A stretch of DNA of 64,000 nt, taken from Ptychomitrium polyphyllum. Its lineage: Eukaryota. Shown piece by piece: positions 40,101 to 51,300 of the stretch (its first letter is position 1; each line of letters opens with the position of its first letter). Under the pieces are notes generated by a model that was not told the DNA's origin, did no database searches, and saw only the letters and a program-made list of their open reading frames with translations. The stretch is from positions 930,001-994,000 of the forward strand of contig OZ316775.1 of NCBI GenBank assembly GCA_973851085.1, read 5' to 3'. A program made the translations under genes and the position numbers.

Positions 40101-42310
40101 CTTGATGAAGTGAGCCGGGTTCCAGGACTTCTTGGTGGAGTGTGCACTTCAGACCCAACAGGCGAAACTGGATTCTGGAAGCTTTTGGGAGATGTTTCTA
40201 AATCTGCCCTTCCTGGAGACGTCAAAAGTGGGGCTGCGGTTTGCAGAAAGGTACCTGAAGCTGGCAATGCAGAAAGAGCAACACCGTGTTGGTTTTTCCC
40301 TTGGCGAGTACTTGTAGGAGACGTAGTTTGCGACTTTAGACGAGAATCTCCTCCAGGAGTTGCAGCTTGATGTTCAAGTGCAACCGGGGCGCTCACCGTT
40401 CGCGGTGATGACGATCTTTCCGTTACTTGAAGGGGGGTCGAAGTGGTCGATCCGGATTGCGTATTCAACGTGGAAGGCTTTCCGCGCCGTCGCTGGAAGT
40501 CAGTTTCGCGAGTGTCTACTATCAGTTTTTTTGGTGGCGCAAGCAATATGTGAGCGTCGCTCTTGAGCAACCGGGGCTGCCTGGGGGAAAACAGGTGATC
40601 GTTCGGACTTAGCTTGCCAGCATCCCAGGTGGAATTCCGCTTGTGCTTCCCCACGAGTTTAGAAATGGCATTCTTCTCCACGTTGAACCTCGCCGACCCG
40701 GGTAAGGACTTCTTCTCTACGTCTTTGAAGGTAGTGTCTGGGATACCATGGAACGTTACGCCCCGAACTGCTTGGTAAATATTGTCGTCTACAGACTCCT
40801 TGCTGGGCCGCCCCTGCAACTTATGATGCACCCTTAGCAACCACAGCTTCGACTTCACTACCTCAGACTTAGCGTTTTTCTTGTGGTGAGAATGCTTGTG
40901 GCTGTGTGACTTGGAACTAATATCAGAGTACGTAGTACTGACACTCGACGCTGAATATGCTGGACTCCAATTCCCGTCATCGAATGTCTCTAGATCGATC
41001 TTCTCCACAGGATCACTAACCACTCTGATCTCGAGTTCTGCTTCAATCTTTGCTTCTATCTGCTGCTCGGCCTTGGAGCCATCGTTGCTACCAGTTATCT
41101 TTTCGTTCTTCGAACCAGAACTAACCTTGGAGCTCTTCTTGCCTAACTTCCTCTCCAATGTCTTGAAAACCTCCAAACCTGTCTTGGATGCACTCCAGTG
41201 AAGCATACGACGTAGTCGCCCAGCAGGCTTAACAGCGTTCCCCTCTACATCATCATTCATTGATTTCTCATCTGATAATTTGATTGACTGAGAATGAATT
41301 AGCTGAAAATGTGGCCTTGTGGACAACCCTGCATGAAAGGAATGCAAAGTTCTAGAGTCGCTTCCACGAGAAGGGCTCTCTTTCTTACCTGAGACACTTC
41401 TTACCAGTTTCTCCCGCGTACTGGAGGGCGACCATGTACTGCCCAAGAGAGTCGATGTTGCTTGCAGCTTCTGCAGCGCAGAACTCGCTCCCCTGAAGGA
41501 GCGCCCACTTCCCTGCGAAGAGGACTTCAGAAGCTCGGGAGAAAAAGACGCTCCAAGAATTCCTTCGCTACTTTTATCCAAAGATGGTTGAGCAGCCGAA
41601 TTGATGGAATTCCCTGTTCCTGCTCCTGTCCTAACCCGCAAATGTGCAGGTGCTGGCGCAGGTTTGCCCTCGTAAGACAATTCCAACGTTGGCACAGCAT
41701 GCGCGTGCTCACCGAATGATTCCAATCCTATCCCTGATCGTGATATCGAGGCTAGGTGGTCACTGCTTTCAGCTCTTCGTGACATAGTTTCACGTTTTCC
41801 AGCTCCCAGCGACCCATGAGAAACTGGTTGTGTCCCGTCTCTAACACTTTCCCTTCCGTTCGAAAGGCGAGGTTTAGGAAATTTTCGGAGACTAGGTGAC
41901 GGCGGCTCCAACGCCGCGGCTCCATTTCGTCGTTCGTTACCACTACGAGTACTACGCGCACTAACAGGACTATCATTCAAAGAAAACCCCGACCTATTGC
42001 CATTCCCTGTTTTCACCTTTAGCTCAGAGATGAACTGATCCGGTTGCAGAAACGAACTGACAGTATCTTTTCGTGCGCTTTCAGAGGTCTGAGCATTAAC
42101 CATGTGCTTCTCGATTGGTGAGGTCGAGGTAGCATGGGGAGAGGGTGGTTCAAGGTTCTCAACATCTACGTTGAGGTGCATAGGTTTACCAGACCGCCTT
42201 GCTCGTTCTCCTCGAGCGAATTGCTCGGGCTTCATCGAGAACGACATTCTTCCGTCCTTGCGCGTTTCTTTGCCGTCGAGTCTCTGCGCAGTAGATTTGG
42301 GCCCGCCCAT
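37187..42310 (-). CDS. Large Ser/Pro-rich disordered protein with a C-terminal degenerate DHH/PRUNE(PPX1)-like domain; exons 42310-39244, 39058-38868, 38751-38668, 38525-38439, 38295-38175, 37984-37911, ~37653-37187
   Basis: 1043-codon first ORF; spliced exons read SSMISTLCTAW, PIPVMNM, AAWLLHVCGVDANAVLFLDE, ASSCTIV, LLLAGILVDTKNL, resembling PRUNE/exopolyphosphatase motifs. Confidence 0.75.
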
Positions 42311-44108
42311 GGTGATTGAGATCTATGGTCATCGCTCCAAGGGAGTGGCAAGCTCCTCACGTGTTTGTCGGCATGGAGCAAACCCTCCTTCGCACAGCTC
42401 TCGTTCTCCAAATGATCCTCGGAGAATTCTCATCTTCGGCTATTGCACCTCTCATCATGTTATATATCCCCTGAAACGTTTATTTTGTCAATGTCAAGAA
42501 ACAAAAACCATTTACGAATGGAAGCGACTCAATTCTCAAGAAATAACCAGTGACCATTTCAAGCGTATGTTACAATAACACGAATCTCATGTCCCTGCTC
42601 AATCAATCGTAACCCATGCTCTTCAAAGCACATGCAATGTGCATCACTTCTAGTCTTCTGTTACTAACTCGCATTACTAGTTCCAGCTACAAGATCCTCA
42701 AACGCATTAAGCCAACAAAACGGAATTTTTCAATCTAAACCGAAGCCACTAAGAAGTTCTTAAGTGTCCCTTCAATCGACAAAATTCCGAATAGTCTAAA
42801 ATAATATCGCAATGCATGATCTTGACATACCTACTGTAAAGAGACGCATGGTTGGAATTTGAACGGTTTAGCAGCAACTCAAATCCCTAAGTGGCATAGC
42901 AAACTTATACAGAATCTCTCGCAATGTAGCAATACGTGTCAAAGTGCACTAACTCACGGGCAACCTTTATCACTCGACCACGGGTATATATCCACAGAGC
43001 TCGTGGTCAGCCTCATCGCTTGTACTTCCTCATAAATCCACTATGTATCTTCAAAACTTGCGGCTACAAGAGAAGTCCAGTCCTAGCCTAACCCATCGTC
43101 GAAAATTCAAACACAAATTTTCTCAGTGCACTTTGCATCGGACACCACCTCTTGTCCCCAATCGTCACCTCCGAGCTGTGAAACGACTGGGATGTGCGCT
43201 GTGTAGTTCACAAAACCTCCACCAAGAAGTGAGAGACACGAAACTTCTACCCAATTCTGCATCTCTCATTACACTCTCAAATACTTGCCACGATTAGGTT
43301 GGATCACGATTCACAAACAACAGCGGTGAGGAAGAAAAGCACCCCGGCAGATCAAGAAGATGATGACAACGATGATCGTGGTAACAACGACGATCATGTA
43401 AGGGGTGGAGGGAGAACCGGGACGAGCAATGCCAGAGTGGTCTCCCCTAAGTAGCAGGACGAGGTGGCACCTCGCAGACGCCGCAGTAAGTTGAAACTAT
43501 TGGCTTGACAACGCAACCGCCCAGACATGGTCGACTAAAATCTAAATTAACAAGCCTTTGACGTTATTAGCAAAACTAGAATTACCGGCCCTTTACTGAT
43601 TATCATCATTCGTATATATTTGAATGCTCTCCTCTATAAGTAGGCGAGCCGCTGTTTTATAGTCCCGAGGTCGCATGCATTTTTCTGCAAAAACAAGTCA
43701 GCACCTGCAAGAGATGAAATGTGAACTAGTAAATCTTGGCAAGTGAATTGCACCGCATCGAAAAAATGGTAGAATTGACGCTGCACTAACAGTTGTCGAT
43801 TCAAGTACTTTTAATCATTTGACTATCTGTCTTGTGTTCTATTTTAGGTCCAACGTTGTCGTCATCTTTATAAGTGCTGCAAATAAGAAGCAGACCTCAA
43901 TGGCGACCAGTCCTGTTCGTGGGTGCTCTAGTTCCTCTGTTTCCCGATTGTGAATCTCGCCTCACACTCCATCCAGTATCCTCTATGCCTCATCAGCTGA
44001 GGTGAAATCAACTGAAGTCTTTATCGGATCTCGAAACTCACCCTGGCCGAAGAAGGAGCCTAATTTCATGGAAATCCTCATGGCACGCCGCGCACAATGT
44101 CCAGAAAG

Positions 44109-44118
44109 CTATAAATAA
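44109..44118 (+). promoter_or_regulatory. TATA box upstream of the long hairpin
   Basis: ctataaataa about 45 nt before the first arm of the foldback. Confidence 0.5.
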
Positions 44119-44160
44119 GGAGACCCTTTTACAGACCGCCAGCTCTATGCACCCTGCCCA

Positions 44161-44783
44161 TGCATGGTTCTGTGTACAGTTCACAAACGAGCCGTTTGCG
44201 GGGGCAGGAGACTCAAGCGGGCAGGCAGCTCAGAAATTACACTTCCCCAACCCGATCGCCCGTCACTCCTAATTCCCAGCTTAGGAGGCGCCTTCTCACG
44301 GCGTTCCCCTCTCAACCCCGGGCTACGCCGTGCCCGGCCGTGCCCCCTCCACCTTGCCCGCTCGCTCGCCTCAAGCACTCGGTGGTGGCATCCGTTGTGG
44401 TTGCATCCGCACAGTGGGCGGCAGAGAGATAGCTTGATAGCCCATCGCGGAGATGCTAAGCTTGGCAGTATTCGATATGCCGCCTCCGCACCGCCCGCTC
44501 CGGTCGCACGATGCAATCTTGACAGTATAGACAATCGCGGAGAGATCACTCTTGCAGCTAAGCTTCGCTTGCCAAAGCCAAAGCCACCACGGGCAAGGTG
44601 GAGGGAGCGCGGTCCGGGTATGGCGTAGCCCGGGGTCGGGAGGGGAACGCCGTGAGAGGGTGCCGGGGATTAGGAGTGACGGGCGATCGGGTCGGGGAGG
44701 AGTAATTTCTGCGCTGCCTGCCCGCTTGAGTCTCCTGCCACCGCAAACGGCTCGTTGGTGAACTGTACACAGAAACCCCTGCA
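44161..44783 (+). ncRNA. Long GC-rich foldback (candidate hairpin RNA / MIRNA-like locus; alternatively a foldback element)
   Basis: 44161-44389 is the imperfect reverse complement of 44583-44783. The inverted repeat is certain; transcription is inferred. Confidence 0.55.
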
Positions 44784-46013
44784 CCCCATATTAGATCAAT
44801 GCCAAGTATCTGAGCGCCCAATGCAATCTCTTATCCACGGAATTTCTGCTGAGTTTCACACCATACTGAACAAGTCGGGCAGCAACGACTAGTCTAGAAT
44901 CAAGAGAGTCAAGCAGAAGAATCAAGAGCGTGAATGAGGATGTGTACAGTAAGAACTTAGAATTTGGCAGGCACATGGCGCACATTCACAAGTACAAGTG
45001 GCATTGTTTTAACTTGTGGTAGGATCTGGGTTGCAAGCCCCAAGTTAAACAGTACTAATATAATCAGGAATACTTTAGAGGCAAACCGAGCTAATCTATC
45101 TTTTCTTGACTCTTGTGTAGTCAGTACTGTAGTTCTCATGTACCTGGTCCATCGTGAGCAACCTTTGAGTTCATCGCTAGGGTGCGCTCAAGTATTGTCG
45201 ATCCATCCCCACTCCAACACTCAATGCCCCGGATGGCAAAGTACAGTAAGTAGCTTCTAATGTGACGCAAGACCACTTGCATCATGAATGCGTCACTTGC
45301 TATTAATATAGAGTCCTCTCCGATTATTATAAAACGAATAGCATGTTGTGGCAAATTGACAATACCTTTTAACCTTTATCATAAGGACAGAAAAATAAAG
45401 GAAGTCCTCCCCATATGAGTCGCATAGCAGTTGATCCTTATGCGGCATCGCTGATCGAACCATTGTGGTAATGTGCAGATGGCAAATGCCAAGACGATTA
45501 GGTGCTGCATTGATAGCGTGAACTATTTACGTGATGAATAGATCTGATAGATTCTTTTCAATAGAAGACGACATGAGAACGTCAAGCTGCACCTGCTTCG
45601 CTACCCTCAAGCCGTTCCGGCAACCCGATACACAAGTACCGCAAAGAAAGTTCATCACATAGAGCAAGAAATGTTGAACAGAACACAACAATGAAACTGC
45701 AAAAACAAAAGAAGGTCTCAACAATCACAATGCAAGATCCTGCGCGGCTAAGCTACAAAAACCCAGATTCACCATAACCGGAATCCCATGCATAGCTAGA
45801 ATCTCTAAAACATTCCTATATAAATAACGGGCGAAGTACACAACGAAATCGCACTGACATAGGAATACCGTGTCGCTTTCCAATAAAGCTGTATCTCAAA
45901 TCGAAACCACCTCTTCCACGAATGACCTTAATATCTCTACCAAAGACCCAACATCTTATCGAATTGGATATAGCCAGACTGCAGTACCACCGAGTTCCGA
46001 TACTGGATAAAGG

Positions 46014-47680
46014 CATACTCCAGATATCCAGCACTTGAATCTTCAATTTCGTGAACGGATCTACTCACTCATACTTGACTCCTCCTCGGAATCGTCCTCC
46101 GACATGTCCTCCGAATCGGATGTCTCCTCGCCACCTTCCCAGCCATGTGCACTCTTCCTCTGCTTTGCTTTCGCCGCTTTCGACTTCGCTGCACCCCTTG
46201 TCCTCTTCCGCTCCAACTGCTCGGATCTATCGAACAGCACGTCGTCCTTCGTATCGGCCTGTATGTTCCCAGCCGCCGTCACGAATTCTTCGTCTGCATC
46301 GAACCCACCCTCTGCGCCATCCTTGTTCTGGCTCCTCGACGTGTCTATGAAGAACACAGGTCCGCCCGCATCTTCGGCCTCTTCCGCATCCATGCTTGCA
46401 CCCGGGACATCCTCCACGCTGTCCGTCTCCGCTCGCTCTATGTTTGCCTTGTCCAGCACCACGTTGAAGTCACCCTCGCCCGCATTCACAAGCCAGTCCA
46501 CCAGATCCTGCTGCTTCTGCAGCACAGCTGTGCTGATTAGCACCCTCAACGAGCCCCTCTCGCCCAACCACTCTCCCAGCTCTGAAGGTGCGCCCCGTCC
46601 CTGCAGACCTGCCAGCAGGTCCGATGCCCGAAGGTACTCCCTCCTGGACCTGAACTCCGCAGCCAGCTGCCGGGCGATCATCACCCGCTTCAGAAATGCA
46701 ACGCCGTCTCTCCCTCCACTCTCCCCTCCACCCAAACCGCCTCTCTCCTCCGACGACACCCCCGACTTCGCCACCCCCGCCACCGCCATCTCGCCCACCA
46801 CGTCACGCAATGCAAGCTCCTCCCAATCCGCCAGGATGCCGCCGACCTCCAGGGGCGCGGCCAGGACCATGTCCAGGATGATGGTCGACCTGCCCAGGAA
46901 CTTCGCGTACAGGACGGCGTCGTGCTTCAACCTCTTCTCCAGCTCGTCCTTCCTCGAGGCGCTCGCAGACGACCGCCCCTCCACCGCTGCCGCGACCAGC
47001 CTCAGCAGGGCCACTGCCGTCTCCACGACTTCCCCCAGACGAAGGACCGACTCCGTGGAATTCAGGAACCCATCCACCTTCAGCTGCGTTGCAAACGGCA
47101 GCAGAGAGGCAAAGTCCGCATTCTCCGACAGCCAGATGTCCAGCCCGATGTTGGCCGACGGGGCCCTGAAGAGGCCACCCACCACCGGCGCGTCTTTGTG
47201 GTGGCACAACGTGATGAATCCGGAGAGCTCAAGGACGACCTTCTGCAAGCTCTTCCACAATTTCGCCTCCCTCTTCTGACCGAGGCCCGCATCCTTCTCG
47301 CTGCCGGCAAACGCAGCCGAGGCGTGCACGACAGTCTGAACAATCGGAGCTGCTGCAGCTATGGCTGTGGGGCCACTGCAGCACCCGGCGGTCACCAACC
47401 TCAACGAGTGCAGAAGAGACCGTGCACCCGAGACGAGGGAACCGACACTGCCCGAACGCCCACATTGTGATCCTCCGTCGCCGACCAGACTCTCCTTCTG
47501 GAAAGCAAGGAACGCCCACAGAAGAGCGAGAGGCGGATTGCTCCGAGACTGCAGAAGCCGCACTGTGGCATCCCGCCACTCGCTGCCGTGCTCCTTCCCA
47601 ACCCCTCGCTTCGCTGCCGTCACCACTGCTTCAACCGCGCGCGAGTACGCCAAGCTGCTCAACAGCGAACCTTGCGCAAC
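46014..47680 (-). repeat. Inverted duplication, arm 2
   Basis: Reverse complement of 10174-11828 plus 12 bp (SDSEDMSEDDSEE vs SDSEDDSEE). Confidence 0.97.
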
Positions 47681-47821
47681 TTTCAACAAACGTATCAGGG
47701 TTTCATCTTGCACAAGGTGTTCATTCTTGGGCCGTGTCGCCACAGCAGGATGCTCCTTCGGTAACACTTCAGTGGGCTGCGCCTTCGACTGTGTCTTTGC
47801 TCTCAAATTCTTCCCCGCCAT
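46061..47821 (-). CDS. Intronless 586 aa protein of unknown function; probable parental copy
   Basis: Long ORF with ATG in good context (aagATGgc) just after an AG acceptor-like site; telo-box-like motif upstream. Confidence 0.8.
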   Translation of the reverse strand: MAGKNLRAKTQSKAQPTEVLPKEHPAVATRPKNEHLVQDETLIRLLKVAQGSLLSSLAYSRAVEAVVTAAKRGVGKEHGSEWRDATVRLLQSRSNPPLALLWAFLAFQKESLVGDGGSQCGRSGSVGSLVSGARSLLHSLRLVTAGCCSGPTAIAAAAPIVQTVVHASAAFAGSEKDAGLGQKREAKLWKSLQKVVLELSGFITLCHHKDAPVVGGLFRAPSANIGLDIWLSENADFASLLPFATQLKVDGFLNSTESVLRLGEVVETAVALLRLVAAAVEGRSSASASRKDELEKRLKHDAVLYAKFLGRSTIILDMVLAAPLEVGGILADWEELALRDVVGEMAVAGVAKSGVSSEERGGLGGGESGGRDGVAFLKRVMIARQLAAEFRSRREYLRASDLLAGLQGRGAPSELGEWLGERGSLRVLISTAVLQKQQDLVDWLVNAGEGDFNVVLDKANIERAETDSVEDVPGASMDAEEAEDAGGPVFFIDTSRSQNKDGAEGGFDADEEFVTAAGNIQADTKDDVLFDRSEQLERKRTRGAAKSKAAKAKQRKSAHGWEGGEETSDSEDMSEDDSEEESSMSE

Positions 47822-47882
47822 CTTCTGTTCAGAGAAGAAGAAACAACACTAAATCCTAAACATCATATGCTGCATAACACCT

Positions 47883-47897
47883 AAACCCTAAACCCTA
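47883..47897. promoter_or_regulatory. Tandem telo-box-like motif (AAACCCT)x2
   Basis: ctaaaccctaaacccta about 60 nt upstream of the 47821 start codon. Confidence 0.45.
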
Positions 47898-48399
47898 CGA
47901 TGAAAAAGCAACAAGTGCAGCATCAATTACACTTGAACACCGTTGTCTTCAATTTCAGCAACCCAGTCCATCATGGACCTCCAAATCGGCTTCTGTGCAC
48001 AGATTGTGCACACAAAGCAATATTCCGGAGCATTGACCGAAAAAGTATTTCATTCTAGAATCCGAGTCAGTTGCTTCCTAGTTGCAGAGGCTGAAAGGAG
48101 CCTCCTGATGAGGTTCATAGCATCTCCACGATGAAATCACAGCAGGCATGACGCAATGCAGGTAACCAGCCGGAAGAATCAGCAGCAGAACTGTGAAGCC
48201 CCGCAAGGCGCAGAATTGCTCGAGAGTGTTGGGAAGTGTGACGTCGATTAACGCAAATTGGTGAAAGCCCTAACTTCGAGCGCAGCATGAGAACAGAACT
48301 TGGGTGTGGTGTCTAGTACTAGACCTGGCTATGCAGTAAACTGGGCTCCGGAGTCAAAGTTCTGGTCTTCACAACTCCGGCATTTAAGTCAGGTCACCC

Positions 48400-51300
48400 A
48401 TTATTGCTATTACAGTCTTCACAGTAAATTTTATAGAACTCACAATTATTTTGAATAAGAACAAAGTGTTAATCACGGTACTTGAGGGTTCTCAGAGTAA
48501 TTGTGGTAGTGTATGCATAGTATGATCCGTGCTAGTATTTTAGTATGTGCATTGGTTTGATTAAAGTACTTGTAATCTATGTATGAAGTTTTTTTTTGAA
48601 TTTTTGAGAAATGATTATTGTTATTTTTAAAAAGAATTCTTGAAACTAGATTTAAACATTATATTCTTACACAAGTCTCTATCAATATTAATGGGAGAAT
48701 TAGTGTAAGATTTTATATTAATATTAGACTTATATTACGAATAATAATTGGTGAGATATTTTAATTCCAATGCTAGAATTAAATATGAGAATTGATTGTA
48801 TTTCAATCACAGAAGTTTTTGGTTCACTAAAAAATGGTATCCAGTGGAACATTTTTAAATATGCAGCCAAATATTAAATGTAAGTTTTATTGCAATAAGA
48901 CTTTAATTGGTTTAATAAAGTATGCATAAGTATTGGACTTTGTAATAAAGCATGAAATTCTTCATAATAGTCATTTAATTATACATACAAATTTTAAATT
49001 ATAAGACTGTTTAACAATATTTCATTAACAAATCATAGAGATGAATATGAGATATTTTTTTAATACACATTTGACTTTGGAGGTGTTTTTGGAAGTGTGC
49101 AAAGTAATATAAAATGTTCATGGTGTATTTTTATAAATGTATTTGAAAGATTCTTTGTAGATATCAAATCTACTCAAATAATGCTCCATTTGTTTTTTCT
49201 TGTGCCCTCCTTTTAACTTTTATTTTTAGATTTTTATAAATAGTATGAAAGAAAAACCTTATTGTTACAGGGCTATCAAGTAATATATCTGGTACTACCA
49301 TACTTTCTCTACCAATCTTCCTCTATTAATACTGCTAAACATATTCTAACAATAATTAGATGATAGTAGTAGTTTGTTAGTTTAAAAAAATAGATGTAGA
49401 TCCACTTTTATAGGATCTTGAATCTAGTAGTTAAACTTTCAACTAAGAGAGTTGAGGTTGTGTAATATTTTGTTTTTTCTATGAACAAGTTATACACTCC
49501 ATTCTCTAATTCTATCATCAGTTTCATTTTAGAGTAAATGTTTATATGCATATTCTTCCATTCTAGCAAGTTCTAAAGTATTTTATAGTTTGATCCTTAA
49601 TGCTACTATGCCTCTTCCATTCTGTAGTATCAGCTATAAATTTGTATAGATTATTTTTCCTAGATTTGGACTCTCCAATTAAAAACTATTGAGTCTCAAA
49701 GTACTTGATAGTTACCAATCTCAATACTAGTATAATCGACCATTCCTTGATAAGGATTTTCTAATAAAGAACTACTAAATCTTTGATTACTTGGTAGTTA
49801 CCAACTCTAACACTTGTAGTCTTGTTTTATTTTTTTGTGCATCTATCCGCACATATTTAGGTGAACATATTTAAATGTATTTATATTTGGATAGATGAAT
49901 AAGTACGTTCAGGCACTCAAACATGCGTTGAATTCCATAATATTGAAGATGTGATGGCCACCTTACTTGTTTGTTTATGTTTAGATGTTATAATATTTTA
50001 TTATGAATGAATACTCTATAGTTTATTTGAAGGCTAGTGACTTAAGCCTATATAGAAGGTATAGAATCTATAAAAATTAAAAATTAAAAATTAAATGGTC
50101 TTATTTTAGATTTTTTAATAATTTACTTATAAATTGATATTTGCTAAATTTTTGCTTTAAGAAGAAATATACTATGAATTTGTCTACATTATCTACTTTG
50201 AATGAATTTCTTAATTATTTTTATTATATACAAACTTAAATTATTTATAATTTACTTTTTTCCAGTTATGCTATTACAATTTCATTAAAATGATGCTATT
50301 TTTTTCTTCAAATACATACAATGGATTTTATATTTGATCTTATTTAGTTTTCTAAATTTATGGTGCTTTACTATTTGTACAATGAATTGTAATTTATAAT
50401 TTGTTTAACAAGTATTTGTTAAATAATAATTAACTTTTAGTTTAAATTTAGATAGATTAGATGTTTAAGAATATTGAATTGTCACAAATTTTTATTATAA
50501 TTTTCTAAAATAACTTCTAATGTTTTGTAAGTTAAAAATATATATAATTACCAAAATAATTAAACATACTACATTATTATTTAAAGACAACAACATGTCA
50601 AAAAATACCTACAATTTGAATTCCATATTTTCTTTCCCTAATCAGGTTTGAATGATGATGAATGAATATGCCAACATTATTATGTACATAGCTACGTTTT
50701 TTGGTATTAGATATAGCTTGTTATATAAAGTATTACTTGACAAAAAATAAAATTAGAATAATTTTAGGATTTTGTTATAACTTTAGCACACTTGGTGTTT
50801 TTTGATGTCTTAAATTAGAGCTTCAATGACCATGGCTCTTATTATTTGGAATTAAAAGCTCTTCTTTTTTAGATTGAAACTTCCAACATGTAAAAAAAAA
50901 TGTTTATAAATTTTCTTATATTTCATTGCAATTTATGAACATTCTTTAAGAAGAATTTCAAACATGACCATTTGTAATTTTATAAAGTATTTTGTTTTCA
51001 TATAAATATGTGAATATTTTGTTATAGCTTAAAAAAGATCATATTATATGTATAAATTTAGGTGTAATAGATTTTTTCTTTTGTTTCTGTAAAAATAAAT
51101 GTAATTTTTTTAAGAACTTTGTTAATAAATTACTACAACTTAGTTTTGTATAGATAAAAAAGAAATTCCATCTATGTTTAATAACAATTTAAGGCACAAA
51201 TTTAAGATCCTAATAACATTTACTATTCTTGGAATTGTTCATTAAGTATTCAAACCAAGATTAATTCCTTATTTTTAGATACAATATAGTCAAAGTAAAT

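Noticed and set aside
44160..44821. Several 70-150 aa ORFs over the foldback
   Set aside because: By-products of a GC-rich inverted repeat; the two arms differ by indels and the peptides show no protein-like motifs.
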